Source of the DNA: an uncultured beta proteobacterium
GTDB lineage: Bacteria > Pseudomonadota > Gammaproteobacteria > Burkholderiales > Casimicrobiaceae
Assembly: GCA_903912485.1 (NCBI GenBank)
Contig: CAIWHR010000076.1
Span: 1-58,979 of the forward strand
Reading direction: 5' to 3'
DNA: 58,979 bases
Shown: one piece after another, positions 1 through 9,147 of the stretch
Numbering within the stretch: position 1 is the first letter of the stretch
Layout: each line of letters starts with the position of its first letter
Position numbers and translations under genes: made by a program
Notes under the pieces: generated by a model
Seen by the model: only the letters and a program-made list of their open reading frames with translations
The model's database searches: none
What the model was told of the DNA's origin: nothing

Positions 1-249
1 CTCGCCCTCGGGGAGCTTGCCAGTCAAGTTCTCTGAGGGCGACCCCCCTGTAGACCCTCAGTTATTCTGATCAAGACCTGCTCGGCGCACATCAGTCTTC
101 TTGATCGCGCTCACCATGTCGAAGGGGCGCCGAGCCACGGGCGCTGCGGCCTCCTTCCCTGTTCGTGCCACGCCGCAAGCTTGCTTGCTTTCCCGACCGC
201 CCGTCGCCAGGCAGACCTGTCGACGGCCGATCGATAGCTGGGACCCGAC

Positions 250-2040
250 GTGGAAGGGATTCAAGTGACCGGCGCTTTGCCGGCATTCGCGCCTCCCCAG
301 TCGCCTGCCGAGACCCCGAAATGGAGAACGATCATCTTGAACGCAACCCAGTCCGTCGACCCCAGCTTTCCTGACCGCGCCCGCGCTGCGCTGCTCGCCC
401 ACGCTTGCGGAGATCGCTATGGCGCACCGCTGGAGTTCGTGGAGGACCGCAGCGTGCGAACCCAAGAGGTGGTGCTCGGCCATTGGACCGACGACACCCA
501 CATGTCGCTTTACTTGGGCGACGCCATCCTCGCGCACGGCCCGGGATCGCTCGACCACGGCCGTTTCGGCACCGCCACGGGCAACGCGTTTGTCCGCTGG
601 CTGCACGACCCCCTGACACCATCGACCGCGCCCGGTTCGACCTGCATCGCCGGCGCCCGCGCGTTCGAGCGCACTCGCGACTGGCGACAGAGCGGCGTTG
701 CGTCGTCCGATGGTTGCGGCGCGGTGATGCGTGTCGTACCTCTGGCCCTCGCCTATCGCGGCGCGGAACTGCTGGAGGCGGCCCGCATCTCAGCGGTGGT
801 CACCCACGCGCATCCCGACGCACAGGAGGCGGCAATGGCCGGTGCGTGGCTGGTGAGAAAGGTGTTGGAAACCGGTGTCTGGAACCGCGCTTGGGTCGAA
901 GAGGCGATTCGCGGGCTGCAGGGGCCCTGGGGGCAGGGAGGTAACGTTGCCGAGAGCTTGCTGGCCGCCATCGCCTGGGCTCGTCGCGGAGAAGAATGGT
1001 TGGACGAGGAGTGCATTCCGCCGGGCGACGGAGGCTGGCGTTCTGGCAGTGCGCTGGGACTCGCGGTCGCCGCTGCGCTGCGCTGGCACGACGATCTCGG
1101 GCTCGCGGTAGAAAAGGCGGCGCGAATCGAGGGAGACTCCGACTCGGTTGCCTGCCTGACCGGGGCACTGCTCGGCGCGGCCGGTGGCACCAAGGCCATC
1201 CCGCCAATGTGGCTGGCAACATTGCCCCAACGGGCCGAGATCGAGGGCCTTGCGGATCGATTGCTCGCCCAAGCCGACGCCGTGCCGCCCAGGAATTCGC
1301 CGCTGGTCGTGATCGGGGACCTGCACGGACATCTCGACCTGTTCGAGCAGATCCTGGCGAAGATCGACCAGTTGTACCCGACGGCCCGCATTGTGACGCT
1401 GGGCGACTATGTCGACAACGGCCCCCAGATACCCGCCCTGTTGGATCGACTGGTCGCGCTCAAGGCCGAGCGACCCGACCGCTTCTTTCCCATCCTCGGG
1501 AACCACGACTTGGCGCTACTGCGAGCGCTGGGCTGGCCCGCGGAGGAGCCGGATGGGCAATGGTACGAACATTGGAAGGCGCGCTACTGGAGCACGGGGG
1601 GCGCCACGCCAGAAGCGTATGGCGCGGACGGCCTCGAGAGCTTCCGGGATGCCTTCCCGCCGGCACACTTCCGCTTCCTGGCCTCGCTGCCCTGGTTCTA
1701 CGATGACGGCGAGCATTTCTGCGTGCACGCCGGCCTGCACCTGGGTTCCATCGATCGCCAGCGCCCCGGGCTCGATGCCAAGGCACTTCCCGGAGAACGG
1801 CTGCACCTCCCCGACGCGATCCGCAACAAGGGCCTTGCCACGCTGAACGACTCCGCCTGGGAGCGGGTGGTCGTGAGCGGCCACACGCAGCTTCGGGATA
1901 GGTGGGTGTTTTCGGCGTCGCGCCGCGTCTGCGTGTCGGCGACGTCGGACCACGGCGAAGGGCTGCTCGCCGTCGTACTGCCTGAGCGGCGGTGCTGGTG
2001 GGCGAGCGAGGGGACGGTGGTGGAAGTCACCGTGGTGTGA
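250..2040 (+). CDS. ADP-ribosylglycohydrolase (ARH/DraG-like) fused to calcineurin-like metallophosphoesterase
   Basis: 596-aa ORF. The N-terminal half has ARH signatures (ACGDRYGAPLEF, HWTDDTHMSL, EGDSDSVACLTGALLGAAGG). The C-terminal half has the metallophosphatase motifs in order (VVIGDLHGH, LGDYVDNGP, LGNHD, VHAGL, VSGHT). Start is ambiguous: GTG 250, GTG 265 or TTG 337 (GGAGA 9 nt upstream). Confidence 0.85.
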   Translation: MEGIQVTGALPAFAPPQSPAETPKWRTIILNATQSVDPSFPDRARAALLAHACGDRYGAPLEFVEDRSVRTQEVVLGHWTDDTHMSLYLGDAILAHGPGSLDHGRFGTATGNAFVRWLHDPLTPSTAPGSTCIAGARAFERTRDWRQSGVASSDGCGAVMRVVPLALAYRGAELLEAARISAVVTHAHPDAQEAAMAGAWLVRKVLETGVWNRAWVEEAIRGLQGPWGQGGNVAESLLAAIAWARRGEEWLDEECIPPGDGGWRSGSALGLAVAAALRWHDDLGLAVEKAARIEGDSDSVACLTGALLGAAGGTKAIPPMWLATLPQRAEIEGLADRLLAQADAVPPRNSPLVVIGDLHGHLDLFEQILAKIDQLYPTARIVTLGDYVDNGPQIPALLDRLVALKAERPDRFFPILGNHDLALLRALGWPAEEPDGQWYEHWKARYWSTGGATPEAYGADGLESFRDAFPPAHFRFLASLPWFYDDGEHFCVHAGLHLGSIDRQRPGLDAKALPGERLHLPDAIRNKGLATLNDSAWERVVVSGHTQLRDRWVFSASRRVCVSATSDHGEGLLAVVLPERRCWWASEGTVVEVTVV

Positions 2041-2368
2041 GTGGAGAATGGCCGCATGGACTGGAGGCCCGATCCATGAGCACGAAAAGGAAGAATCGAT
2101 CGTCCGGGGCTGCCGACACGGCACCGGCGGAGAAGATGCCTCTGTCGATCCGCGTGGCCGGACTACTAACGCACACGCCTCGGCCTCGACGAGCCGTCGA
2201 GGCCGAGAACCTGATGCCGCGCTGCCAGTTCGCGCCGTTCAAGGAGCGAGGCGTCCGTGCCAGGATGAATATCGTTCACCCGGAAATGCTGTTTGACGCC
2301 GTCCAGCCGCCCCTGCCGACGATGGAGACGAAGGCATCACTCGCGATCGTCCCCATGAAACCTCCGAA

Positions 2369-3301
2369 TCAGCCCTCTGCGGGCACCGCGAATGCCGCGA
2401 GGTGAACCACCTTGGTATCGACGACCAGCGCTGCCGCCGCAGTGTCCTCGCTCTCGAAGCGCACATCCACTCCCTCGGCCAGCGCCTCGAACCGGGACTC
2501 CGGCGCCAGCTGCAACTTGGCGAGGAACGCACGCACGTCGACATCCGTCGGGAGCTTGGTCGCGCCTGACGACTGTTCTTCGACCGCATCGAGTGCGTAG
2601 CTGCCGAGCACCTTGCGCAGGAACTTCGCGAACGTGGCCGAACTGTCGAAAAGCTCGACACCGCGAACCTTGCCGTTGATGGCGAACAGCGCGCCAACCT
2701 GCTTGGACTGAGCTTCGAACGCGGATTCGTAGCTCGCCAGGTCGCCCTCCCGATGCGTGTAGATGTCGCTCATCGCCTCGGTGGGCGAATCGACCTCCAT
2801 CGCGCGTTGCTTGCGCTCGATGTTCGCCCAGACCCGCCTTTGATCGCTTGCCCGCGAACCGGTCTCGCGCATCCCTGTCGATACATCCTGCATCTTCGCC
2901 GCGCGGGCGTTCGCGTACAGGCTGCGCTTGGCCGATCCGAACTCGCGTGAGCGATACGACCAGCGGCCGCGCTCCACGCAGGAGACGGGGATGACGACCT
3001 TCTGGTGCCTGCCGACCAGGATGGTCAGGTTGAGGATGCGATTCTGCCGCGCACCGACGAGCTCCTCGCCGTCGACGAGCAGGATCCTGCGGTCGGAATC
3101 GTTGACGAAGCTCAGCTCGGGGACGCTGCCCGACTCGGAGACCTCGGTGATGTGCGCGGCGCCCGATTCGAGCGCCTCGTCCAGCGTGAGATAGTCCGCG
3201 CCTACGTCAGCGTCCGCGAGCAGCGGAACGACAGCCAGGTTCCGGAATGCGGTGGTCTCGCCGAGCTTCAGGCCGGCAAGGGTGTGCGAAAGGGTGTTCA
3301 T
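2369..3301 (-). CDS. ARPP-1-like uncharacterised protein (family call from memory)
   Basis: 310-aa ORF, 78 nt downstream of the WYL gene on the same strand and convergent with the ARH fusion. Motifs FRNLAVVPLL, VGARQNRILN and VIPVSCVERGRWSY match my recollection of the uncharacterised ARPP-1 family (ARG- and rhodanese-phosphatase-associated protein). Not verified by HMM. Confidence 0.7.
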   Translation of the reverse strand: MNTLSHTLAGLKLGETTAFRNLAVVPLLADADVGADYLTLDEALESGAAHITEVSESGSVPELSFVNDSDRRILLVDGEELVGARQNRILNLTILVGRHQKVVIPVSCVERGRWSYRSREFGSAKRSLYANARAAKMQDVSTGMRETGSRASDQRRVWANIERKQRAMEVDSPTEAMSDIYTHREGDLASYESAFEAQSKQVGALFAINGKVRGVELFDSSATFAKFLRKVLGSYALDAVEEQSSGATKLPTDVDVRAFLAKLQLAPESRFEALAEGVDVRFESEDTAAAALVVDTKVVHLAAFAVPAEG

Positions 3302-3379
3302 CGTGTCCTCCGATACGCGGGCGCGCCTTCTCGCCCGCCATGAAGAACAGTTTGCACGGCCCGCGGCTCATGGCGTGAG

Positions 3380-4366
3380 CTACGCAGAATGCCTTTCGTA
3401 CATTCGAGCGGCGGCATCGTGCCGCGCCGCCACGCGCTGGCGGAGTTCGGGCGGCGCCGCGACCTCGACGTTCGCGCCGTGGCGAAGCACGTCCATGATC
3501 AGCTCTTCGTCGGCCGAGTAGGGAACTTCCAGGATGTACGTGCCATCGGGTTCGAACCGGCTGCGCTGGTCCTTGTGCCATTGCTCGTGCGCGACCCAGC
3601 GCGCCGAGACGGGATTGAAGCGCAGGACGGCCCATAACACGTCCTTGCCGGAATAGATTCCGTAGCCGGCCGAGATCACCGCTTCCAGGTCCTCCGCGGA
3701 CACCTCCTTCGCCGCATCGTCGAGCTTCTCGGCCTTCCCGATCGCGTCGAGCGCGAAGCTGCGGATGCCCTCGCGCAGGTGGCACCAGGTGTCGAGATAC
3801 CACGTCGACCGATAGTAGGTGAGACGCTGGGGCGACACGGTGCGCGCGGTGTGCTGCCCACTCGCGCGATTGAAGTGCCCGAGCCGCAATCGCTTGCGCT
3901 CCAGCAGTGCGGACGCGGAGGTCTGGAATGTCGCGTTGTCAGGGGCGCGCCCGCCGATGCGTTCGACGTGAACGCGGTTCTCGATGTCGGCAAGCCGGTA
4001 GTCCGTGCTGCGGTCGAGCAGCTTTTCCAGCCGAGCCATGAGCGGCTGGATGCTCGGCTCCAGCAGCCCGGGCTGAATGTCGGCCAGCAGTTGCCGCATG
4101 GTCATCAGCGCGTAGATCTCCGACGGGTTGAACCAGAGCCCCGGCAACTCGAACGTCGGCCCGAGATTGACGCTACCCGTCAGCGTATAGCCGCCCTTGT
4201 CCCGGTCATACTCGATCGGCGCGTTGAACGTGCTCTTGAGGTATTCGAGGTCCCGCTTGAAAGTGGCGAGCGAAACTTCGAGTTCATCCGTGAATTGCCT
4301 AGTCGTGACGACCGCTTTCTCTCGCAGGAGCTTCACAATCCTGTAAAAACGATCGGATCTGTCCAC
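3380..4366 (-). CDS. HTH-WYL transcriptional regulator (BrxR/CapW/PafBC-like)
   Basis: N-terminal HTH (RFYRIVKLLREKAVVTTRQFTDELEVSLATFKRDLEYL), WYL-type segment (RTVSPQRLTYYRSTWYLDTWCH) and a C-terminal extension. The ORF opens at TTG 4420; I prefer GTG 4366 (MDRSDRFYRIV). Divergent from the operon starting at 4595. Confidence 0.8.
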   Translation of the reverse strand: MDRSDRFYRIVKLLREKAVVTTRQFTDELEVSLATFKRDLEYLKSTFNAPIEYDRDKGGYTLTGSVNLGPTFELPGLWFNPSEIYALMTMRQLLADIQPGLLEPSIQPLMARLEKLLDRSTDYRLADIENRVHVERIGGRAPDNATFQTSASALLERKRLRLGHFNRASGQHTARTVSPQRLTYYRSTWYLDTWCHLREGIRSFALDAIGKAEKLDDAAKEVSAEDLEAVISAGYGIYSGKDVLWAVLRFNPVSARWVAHEQWHKDQRSRFEPDGTYILEVPYSADEELIMDVLRHGANVEVAAPPELRQRVAARHDAAARMYERHSA

Positions 4367-4594
4367 AGTCGGGCGCCTTGGGAACGTGGTCGGGATCGCG
4401 GGTGGCCTCCCGGACAGCAAGTCTATCCGCCTGGCTCACGATGGGCCACCTCGAGCCTTGTCGCATGGGATATGAGGCCCGTCCCGGCGAGTCTGGTGCC
4501 ATCGTGATCGCAACACCGCGTGGCGTCAGGTTCTGTCGCTGCGCCGGCGCACACTCAAGGCTTGAGCGACCGGCAGGCCAACCAGGGTGAGGGC

Positions 4595-6406
4595 ATGGAG
4601 AGAGGGATCGGGAACGGTGGGCTGGAATTCGTTTCGTCGCACGGCGAAATCACAGGCTCCGTCAACATCGTAGCCGGCACCCCGTCGCAAATCGCCGACT
4701 TGCTCGACGCGCAGGGCGGCGTGTCGTTGTCCGCGCCCGTCGGCCAATCGATCCTGACCCTCGCCTGCGCGCGATTGCGCGCCCTGGACCTTCACGACTC
4801 GCCCGATCTTTGCGTGCTGGATCTGCGTGACGCCGCGGCCGAGCTGCACCTGACGATAATCGGCTGCCCGCAGTTGCGCACCGTCCGATTGCCCCCGCAC
4901 GGGGCGGCCTTTGTGCACGTCGACGGTGGGGCGGCGGCGCCGGAACTGGCACTGGAAGGCGGCGTCGAGCAACTGGACGGCTGCTGGACCGCTGGCCGTT
5001 TTCTCAGCCGGGCGCCCCGCGGCACGCTCTGGCAGGGTGCCTGCATCACCGCGGTCGACGCCGCGGCGCCGGCGAGCGGCCAACCCGTCGCCGCGCTCCA
5101 GGTGCTGGTCGGCACCAGCTCCTGCCCGCCCGATGTGACGCTCCGGGTTTCGCCGGGCGTGCGCACCATGCTGCTCGTGGCTGTCGACGGTATGCAGCAT
5201 CTTGTCTGGACCGGTGACGCTGCCGATACGCTCGAGATACTCGACGCGCCGCAACTGGAGTCGATCGAACTCAACGGCGCCCTGGCGCACCTCCTGGTCG
5301 GCGGAAGCCCGCGCCTCAGCGCCATCCGCGGCAACGCCCGGGGCCGGCAGCTGCAGGTCAAGGACGGCAGCGGCACAAGGCTGGAACTGCATGTGGACTG
5401 GCGCTGCGACGAAATGATCGTGGCGGACAGCGACATCGGCAGTCTGCGCGTTGCCTACAGTTGCGATCTGCAGTTGCTTCGCTGCGCACGGCTCGACAAC
5501 GTGTCGCTGGTGCACGGTTGCCGGGTCAGCTGCGAGGGCAGAGTCCCACCCGCACTGATCGGCGTGGCCAGAGTCTTCGTCGACCGGGGCCTGCTGAAGA
5601 ACCTGGAGCAGCGTTGCCTGGCTGGCGACTGGGATATGTGGCGGCAGCTGCGGGAGCTGCTGCCACTGGCAAGCGACCGTGCGCACGCGCCGTTGGCGCT
5701 GCAGGTGCTGGACAGTCTGCTTGCCGCCGGGCTGGACCCGGAAGCCACATGGCGGGCTCGAACGGATCTCTATGCCCGGCACCTCCTGCGCGACCCGGGT
5801 CCTACGGTGCAACCGGAACCGCGGCACCTCGCGCGTGCACTGCAAAGCTGGGCATGGGATCTGCCGGACGATCTGGGCGCCGACGCGTGGCGCGCCGACT
5901 GGCGCATCTGGCAGGGCTGCCGTGGCCTGCCCGCCGCGCAAGACTATCAGGTCGTGATGGCGCGCGACCTCGTCAGCCTCGGGAGCGCCGCGAAGGCCCT
6001 GGTGCCCTGGCTCTTCCGGGCGCCGCAGCTGTCGCAAACCGTGACCAACGAGTTCCTTGTGGATCTCTGCAGGTGCGCAACGGAGAGCGCGACGACGCCG
6101 AATCTCGCGGCTTCGCTTGACCCGGCGGTCGCATCGTTTCTGCGCAGCCGGCGGGACGGCGCCGAGGAATCCGGCACGCTGGTCGAAGCGGCCCAGGGTT
6201 ACGTCAATCGACACGGTTCGCGGCAGGCCGTGCTGGAAGTGATGGCCGACGAAATCGAACGCCAACCAACGGCCACGCGCATCCGGTTGCTCGACCTGAT
6301 CGCGCACCCGCCCGATCGCCCCGGCAGCATGACCGTGAATCAGTTCAGGACCGCTGCCCGAATCCTGGTGATGAGCGGCCGCCTGCCAGCAGAGGCGATG
6401 CACTGA
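4595..6406 (+). CDS. LRR-like repeat protein with helical C-terminal half, function unknown
   Basis: ORF 4520-6406; ATG 4595 preferred. The first ~330 aa show irregular LxxLxL repeats (LRALDLHDSPDLCVLDLRD, LEILDAPQLESIELNG, LQLLRCARLDNVSLVHG). The rest is Leu/Ala/Arg-rich and looks helical. Ends 80 nt upstream of the AAA+ gene on the same strand. Confidence 0.65.
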   Translation: MERGIGNGGLEFVSSHGEITGSVNIVAGTPSQIADLLDAQGGVSLSAPVGQSILTLACARLRALDLHDSPDLCVLDLRDAAAELHLTIIGCPQLRTVRLPPHGAAFVHVDGGAAAPELALEGGVEQLDGCWTAGRFLSRAPRGTLWQGACITAVDAAAPASGQPVAALQVLVGTSSCPPDVTLRVSPGVRTMLLVAVDGMQHLVWTGDAADTLEILDAPQLESIELNGALAHLLVGGSPRLSAIRGNARGRQLQVKDGSGTRLELHVDWRCDEMIVADSDIGSLRVAYSCDLQLLRCARLDNVSLVHGCRVSCEGRVPPALIGVARVFVDRGLLKNLEQRCLAGDWDMWRQLRELLPLASDRAHAPLALQVLDSLLAAGLDPEATWRARTDLYARHLLRDPGPTVQPEPRHLARALQSWAWDLPDDLGADAWRADWRIWQGCRGLPAAQDYQVVMARDLVSLGSAAKALVPWLFRAPQLSQTVTNEFLVDLCRCATESATTPNLAASLDPAVASFLRSRRDGAEESGTLVEAAQGYVNRHGSRQAVLEVMADEIERQPTATRIRLLDLIAHPPDRPGSMTVNQFRTAARILVMSGRLPAEAMH

Positions 6407-6486
6407 ATGCAGATCCCGACGCTGCGACCACATGCTCCCGCCTCCCGCGTACGCGTAAACGCCCCAGAACCCGAGGAAACCTCGCC

Positions 6487-7677
6487 GTGAACCACCTCAC
6501 CGCCAACATCGAAGAGACGCGTCAAGTGCTGGAGCACCAGATCCGAACCCTGTGGAGCAATCCGGACCAGGCGGTCAACGTCGCCCCGGTGATGCTGTGG
6601 GGGCCACCCGGCGTCGGCAAGAGCTCGGTGATTCGCGACCTGTGCGCCGACCTGGGGATCGGCTTCATCGACATTCGCCTCGCGCAGCGCGAGCCCGTGG
6701 ACCTCAGAGGACTGCCCGTCCCGGAAGGGGATCAGGTGCGCTGGCTGCTGTCGTCCGAATGGCCGCGCGATCCCGCCAGTCGGGGCATTGTGCTGTTCGA
6801 CGAGCTTACGGCCGCCGACCGGACGCTTCAGGTGGCGGCCTACGAGTTCATCCTGGATCGCCGGTTGGGCGACCTCTACCGCGTGCCGCCGGGCTGGATG
6901 GTCTGCGCAGCAGGCAACCGCAGCGGCGATCGGGCGGCGGCGATGACGCTGTCGAGCGCGCTTGCGAACCGCTTCTGTCACCTCGAACTGCGTGCCGACC
7001 TCGACCCCTGGTGCCACTGGGCAATCCGGCGCGCGCTGCATCCGGACGTCATCGCCTTCCTGCGGTTTCGTCCCGAGTGCTTCTTCCGCATGGAAGGGGA
7101 CCTTGAGCGTGGCTGGCCAAGCCCACGAAGCTGGGAGCGGGTGGCACTGACCGTCGAGCACGGCGCAAGCCTGAGCGAAACCGCACTGGCGCTGATCGTC
7201 CACGGTTTGGTCGGACGTGGTGCCGGCACCGAATTCCTGGCATTCAGGAAGCTGGCCGGCGAGGTTCCGGATGTCACCAGGCTGCTGCGGGGCGATCTCG
7301 TCGTCAAGCTGCCCGAACGTGCCGATCAGCGCTATGCCCTTTGCGCCGCGCTAGCCCATCACGTCTGGCGCGCACCGGAGGCCGAACGAAAGGATTGGAT
7401 GACGAATTTCCTGCGGATCGGCATGCAGTTGCCGAGCGACTTCGCCGTCATGGCGATGATGGACGCCATGCAGCAGCTCGAGGACGACCAGGACCCCGAT
7501 CGGGTCCGCCTGCTGTTCGAGAGCCAGGCGTACGAAGGCTGGCGGGAGCGCCACGGGTCCGTGATGGCGCACCAATTCCCGCACGCAGTGACCGACGAGG
7601 ATGGTGCCCGGACCCGCGCCGTCGCCAACGCGGATGCCGGCGAACTGGCGCGCGCGCTCGCGGCTGCCGGGACATGA
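6487..7677 (+). CDS. MoxR-type (AAA_5-like) AAA+ ATPase
   Basis: GTG start with GAGGAA about 8 nt upstream. Walker A LWGPPGVGKS, Walker B IVLFDELTAAD, sensor-1 AAGNR. Stop overlaps the next start (ATGA). Confidence 0.85.
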   Translation: MNHLTANIEETRQVLEHQIRTLWSNPDQAVNVAPVMLWGPPGVGKSSVIRDLCADLGIGFIDIRLAQREPVDLRGLPVPEGDQVRWLLSSEWPRDPASRGIVLFDELTAADRTLQVAAYEFILDRRLGDLYRVPPGWMVCAAGNRSGDRAAAMTLSSALANRFCHLELRADLDPWCHWAIRRALHPDVIAFLRFRPECFFRMEGDLERGWPSPRSWERVALTVEHGASLSETALALIVHGLVGRGAGTEFLAFRKLAGEVPDVTRLLRGDLVVKLPERADQRYALCAALAHHVWRAPEAERKDWMTNFLRIGMQLPSDFAVMAMMDAMQQLEDDQDPDRVRLLFESQAYEGWRERHGSVMAHQFPHAVTDEDGARTRAVANADAGELARALAAAGT

Positions 7678-8972
7678 CCGGCACACCTGCCCCCCTCCCG
7701 GCAACCGCAACCGACCGGATCGCAGGGGCATCTCCGGAACCCCAGACCTTGCGGATCAGGTGCCCCTCCAACGAGGAAGCCGCAGCGAAAGAGCGCTGGC
7801 GTCGAGTTCTGGAAGAGGATCGAACGCGGCTGTTGCTGCACCATCCGTTCACCGCGTCCCTGGCGTTGCAGCTCGACGTCATTCCGGTGGTGGACTCGCG
7901 CCTGCGCTCCGCCGCGACCGATGGTCGACGCATTTTTGCGCACATCGGATTCCTCGCCGCCCTGAGCCCCGACGCGAGGCTGTTCGTGCTCGCCCACGAG
8001 GTGTGGCACTGCGTCGCCGGACACTTCGTCAGGCGGTTCGACCGCGACCCCCACGCCTGGAATCTGGCAGCCGACCACGAGGTCAACGCGCTGTTGCAGC
8101 GCGACGGCCTTGCGATGCCGGGGGACGCCGTCTACTTCGGCTGGTTGGACGGCGAAAGCGCGGAAGCCGTCTACGACTGGCTGCACGGGACGGATGCGCC
8201 GCCCACCGCTGGCATGGTCCAGTTCGATGACCACGCGCCCGGGGGCGCAGCATTCGGGCGGCCGGCGTCAGGCGACGCCCCGATGTCAGCGGACGCAGCG
8301 CAGGTGCAGGACCCGGACTTCACCCCCCAGGCCGGCGGCGAGGCGCTGAAGCGCGACTGGCAGGAGCGCCTTGCCACGGCCGTGAACCGGTCCAAGGGAC
8401 GGGGAAACTTGCCCGAACGGCTGGAATGCCTGGTCGACTCCTTGCTGCGCCCCAGCCTGCCGTGGCGCACCCTGCTGCAGCGCTTTGTCCAGCGGACCTA
8501 TGGCGGAGCGAGATCCTGGCATCCACCGTCGCGTCGCCACATCTATCGCAAGCTGTGGTTGCCAGGGATGAGAGGTCAACTGCTGCGGGTGATGGTTGCC
8601 ATCGACACCAGCGGCAGCACTTCGGAGGTGCTGCCGCGGTTCATGAGCGAAGTCAGGGGGCTCGTCGGGGAATTCGATCGCATCGAGATCACGCTGGTGG
8701 AGTGCGACGCCGAAATCTCGCGGGTCCGCACGTTGAGCGCAACGGACGACGTGGACGGGCCCGAGTTCATGTCGATTCTCGGTGGCGGCGGCACCGACCT
8801 CAGGCCACCGTTCGAACTCGCCGCCAAAGACCCGCCGGCCTGCCTCGTCTACCTGACCGACGGCTTTGGCCCGATCCCCGAGTCGCCGCCGGGCTTCCCC
8901 GTGCTGTGGGTGATGCCGGACGACGAATCAGACCCGCCGCCGTGGGGAGAAATTGCGATCATCGCAGCGTGA
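7674..8972 (+). CDS. HExxH metallopeptidase-like + vWA (MIDAS) protein, DUF2201-like architecture
   Basis: ATG 7674 overlaps the AAA+ stop; the part of the ORF-track entry upstream of it (from 7341) is Arg/Gly-rich and not used. HExxH in LAHEVWHCVAGH. vWA/MIDAS motifs VAIDTSGSTS, GGGGTDL, LVYLTDGFG. Confidence 0.85.
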   Translation: MTGTPAPLPATATDRIAGASPEPQTLRIRCPSNEEAAAKERWRRVLEEDRTRLLLHHPFTASLALQLDVIPVVDSRLRSAATDGRRIFAHIGFLAALSPDARLFVLAHEVWHCVAGHFVRRFDRDPHAWNLAADHEVNALLQRDGLAMPGDAVYFGWLDGESAEAVYDWLHGTDAPPTAGMVQFDDHAPGGAAFGRPASGDAPMSADAAQVQDPDFTPQAGGEALKRDWQERLATAVNRSKGRGNLPERLECLVDSLLRPSLPWRTLLQRFVQRTYGGARSWHPPSRRHIYRKLWLPGMRGQLLRVMVAIDTSGSTSEVLPRFMSEVRGLVGEFDRIEITLVECDAEISRVRTLSATDDVDGPEFMSILGGGGTDLRPPFELAAKDPPACLVYLTDGFGPIPESPPGFPVLWVMPDDESDPPPWGEIAIIAA

Positions 8973-9097
8973 AGTCGACGTGCCAACCATTCCCGAGGCA
9001 GTTCCGCGGCAGTTTGTCATGGCGCTGACGACCAGGCACCATCAATATGCCGTCCGATCAAGATCGTCCTGATTCGGGAAGTGCGCCCGCTGGAATA

Positions 9098-9126
9098 TTC
9101 GCATCCGCCGGGACATCTCGTATGCT
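9098..9126 (+). promoter_or_regulatory. putative sigma70-like promoter of the second WYL gene
   Basis: TTCGCA - 17 nt - TATGCT, ending 22 nt upstream of ATG 9148. By-eye match only. Confidence 0.3.
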
Positions 9127-9147
9127 AGCTGCGTCCATCCACGGGAT

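Noticed and set aside
58-606. 182-aa minus-strand ORF at the left edge
   Set aside because: It overlaps the N-terminus of the ARH domain in antisense and has low-complexity composition. A short real gene ending near 58 cannot be excluded but is not supportable.
4526-6433. 635-aa minus-strand ORF antisense to the LRR-like gene
   Set aside because: Low-complexity Arg/Gly/Ala-rich translation. The plus-strand frame has periodic Leu repeats, coding-like composition and operon linkage to the AAA+ gene. Residual uncertainty remains because neither frame has a verified homologue.
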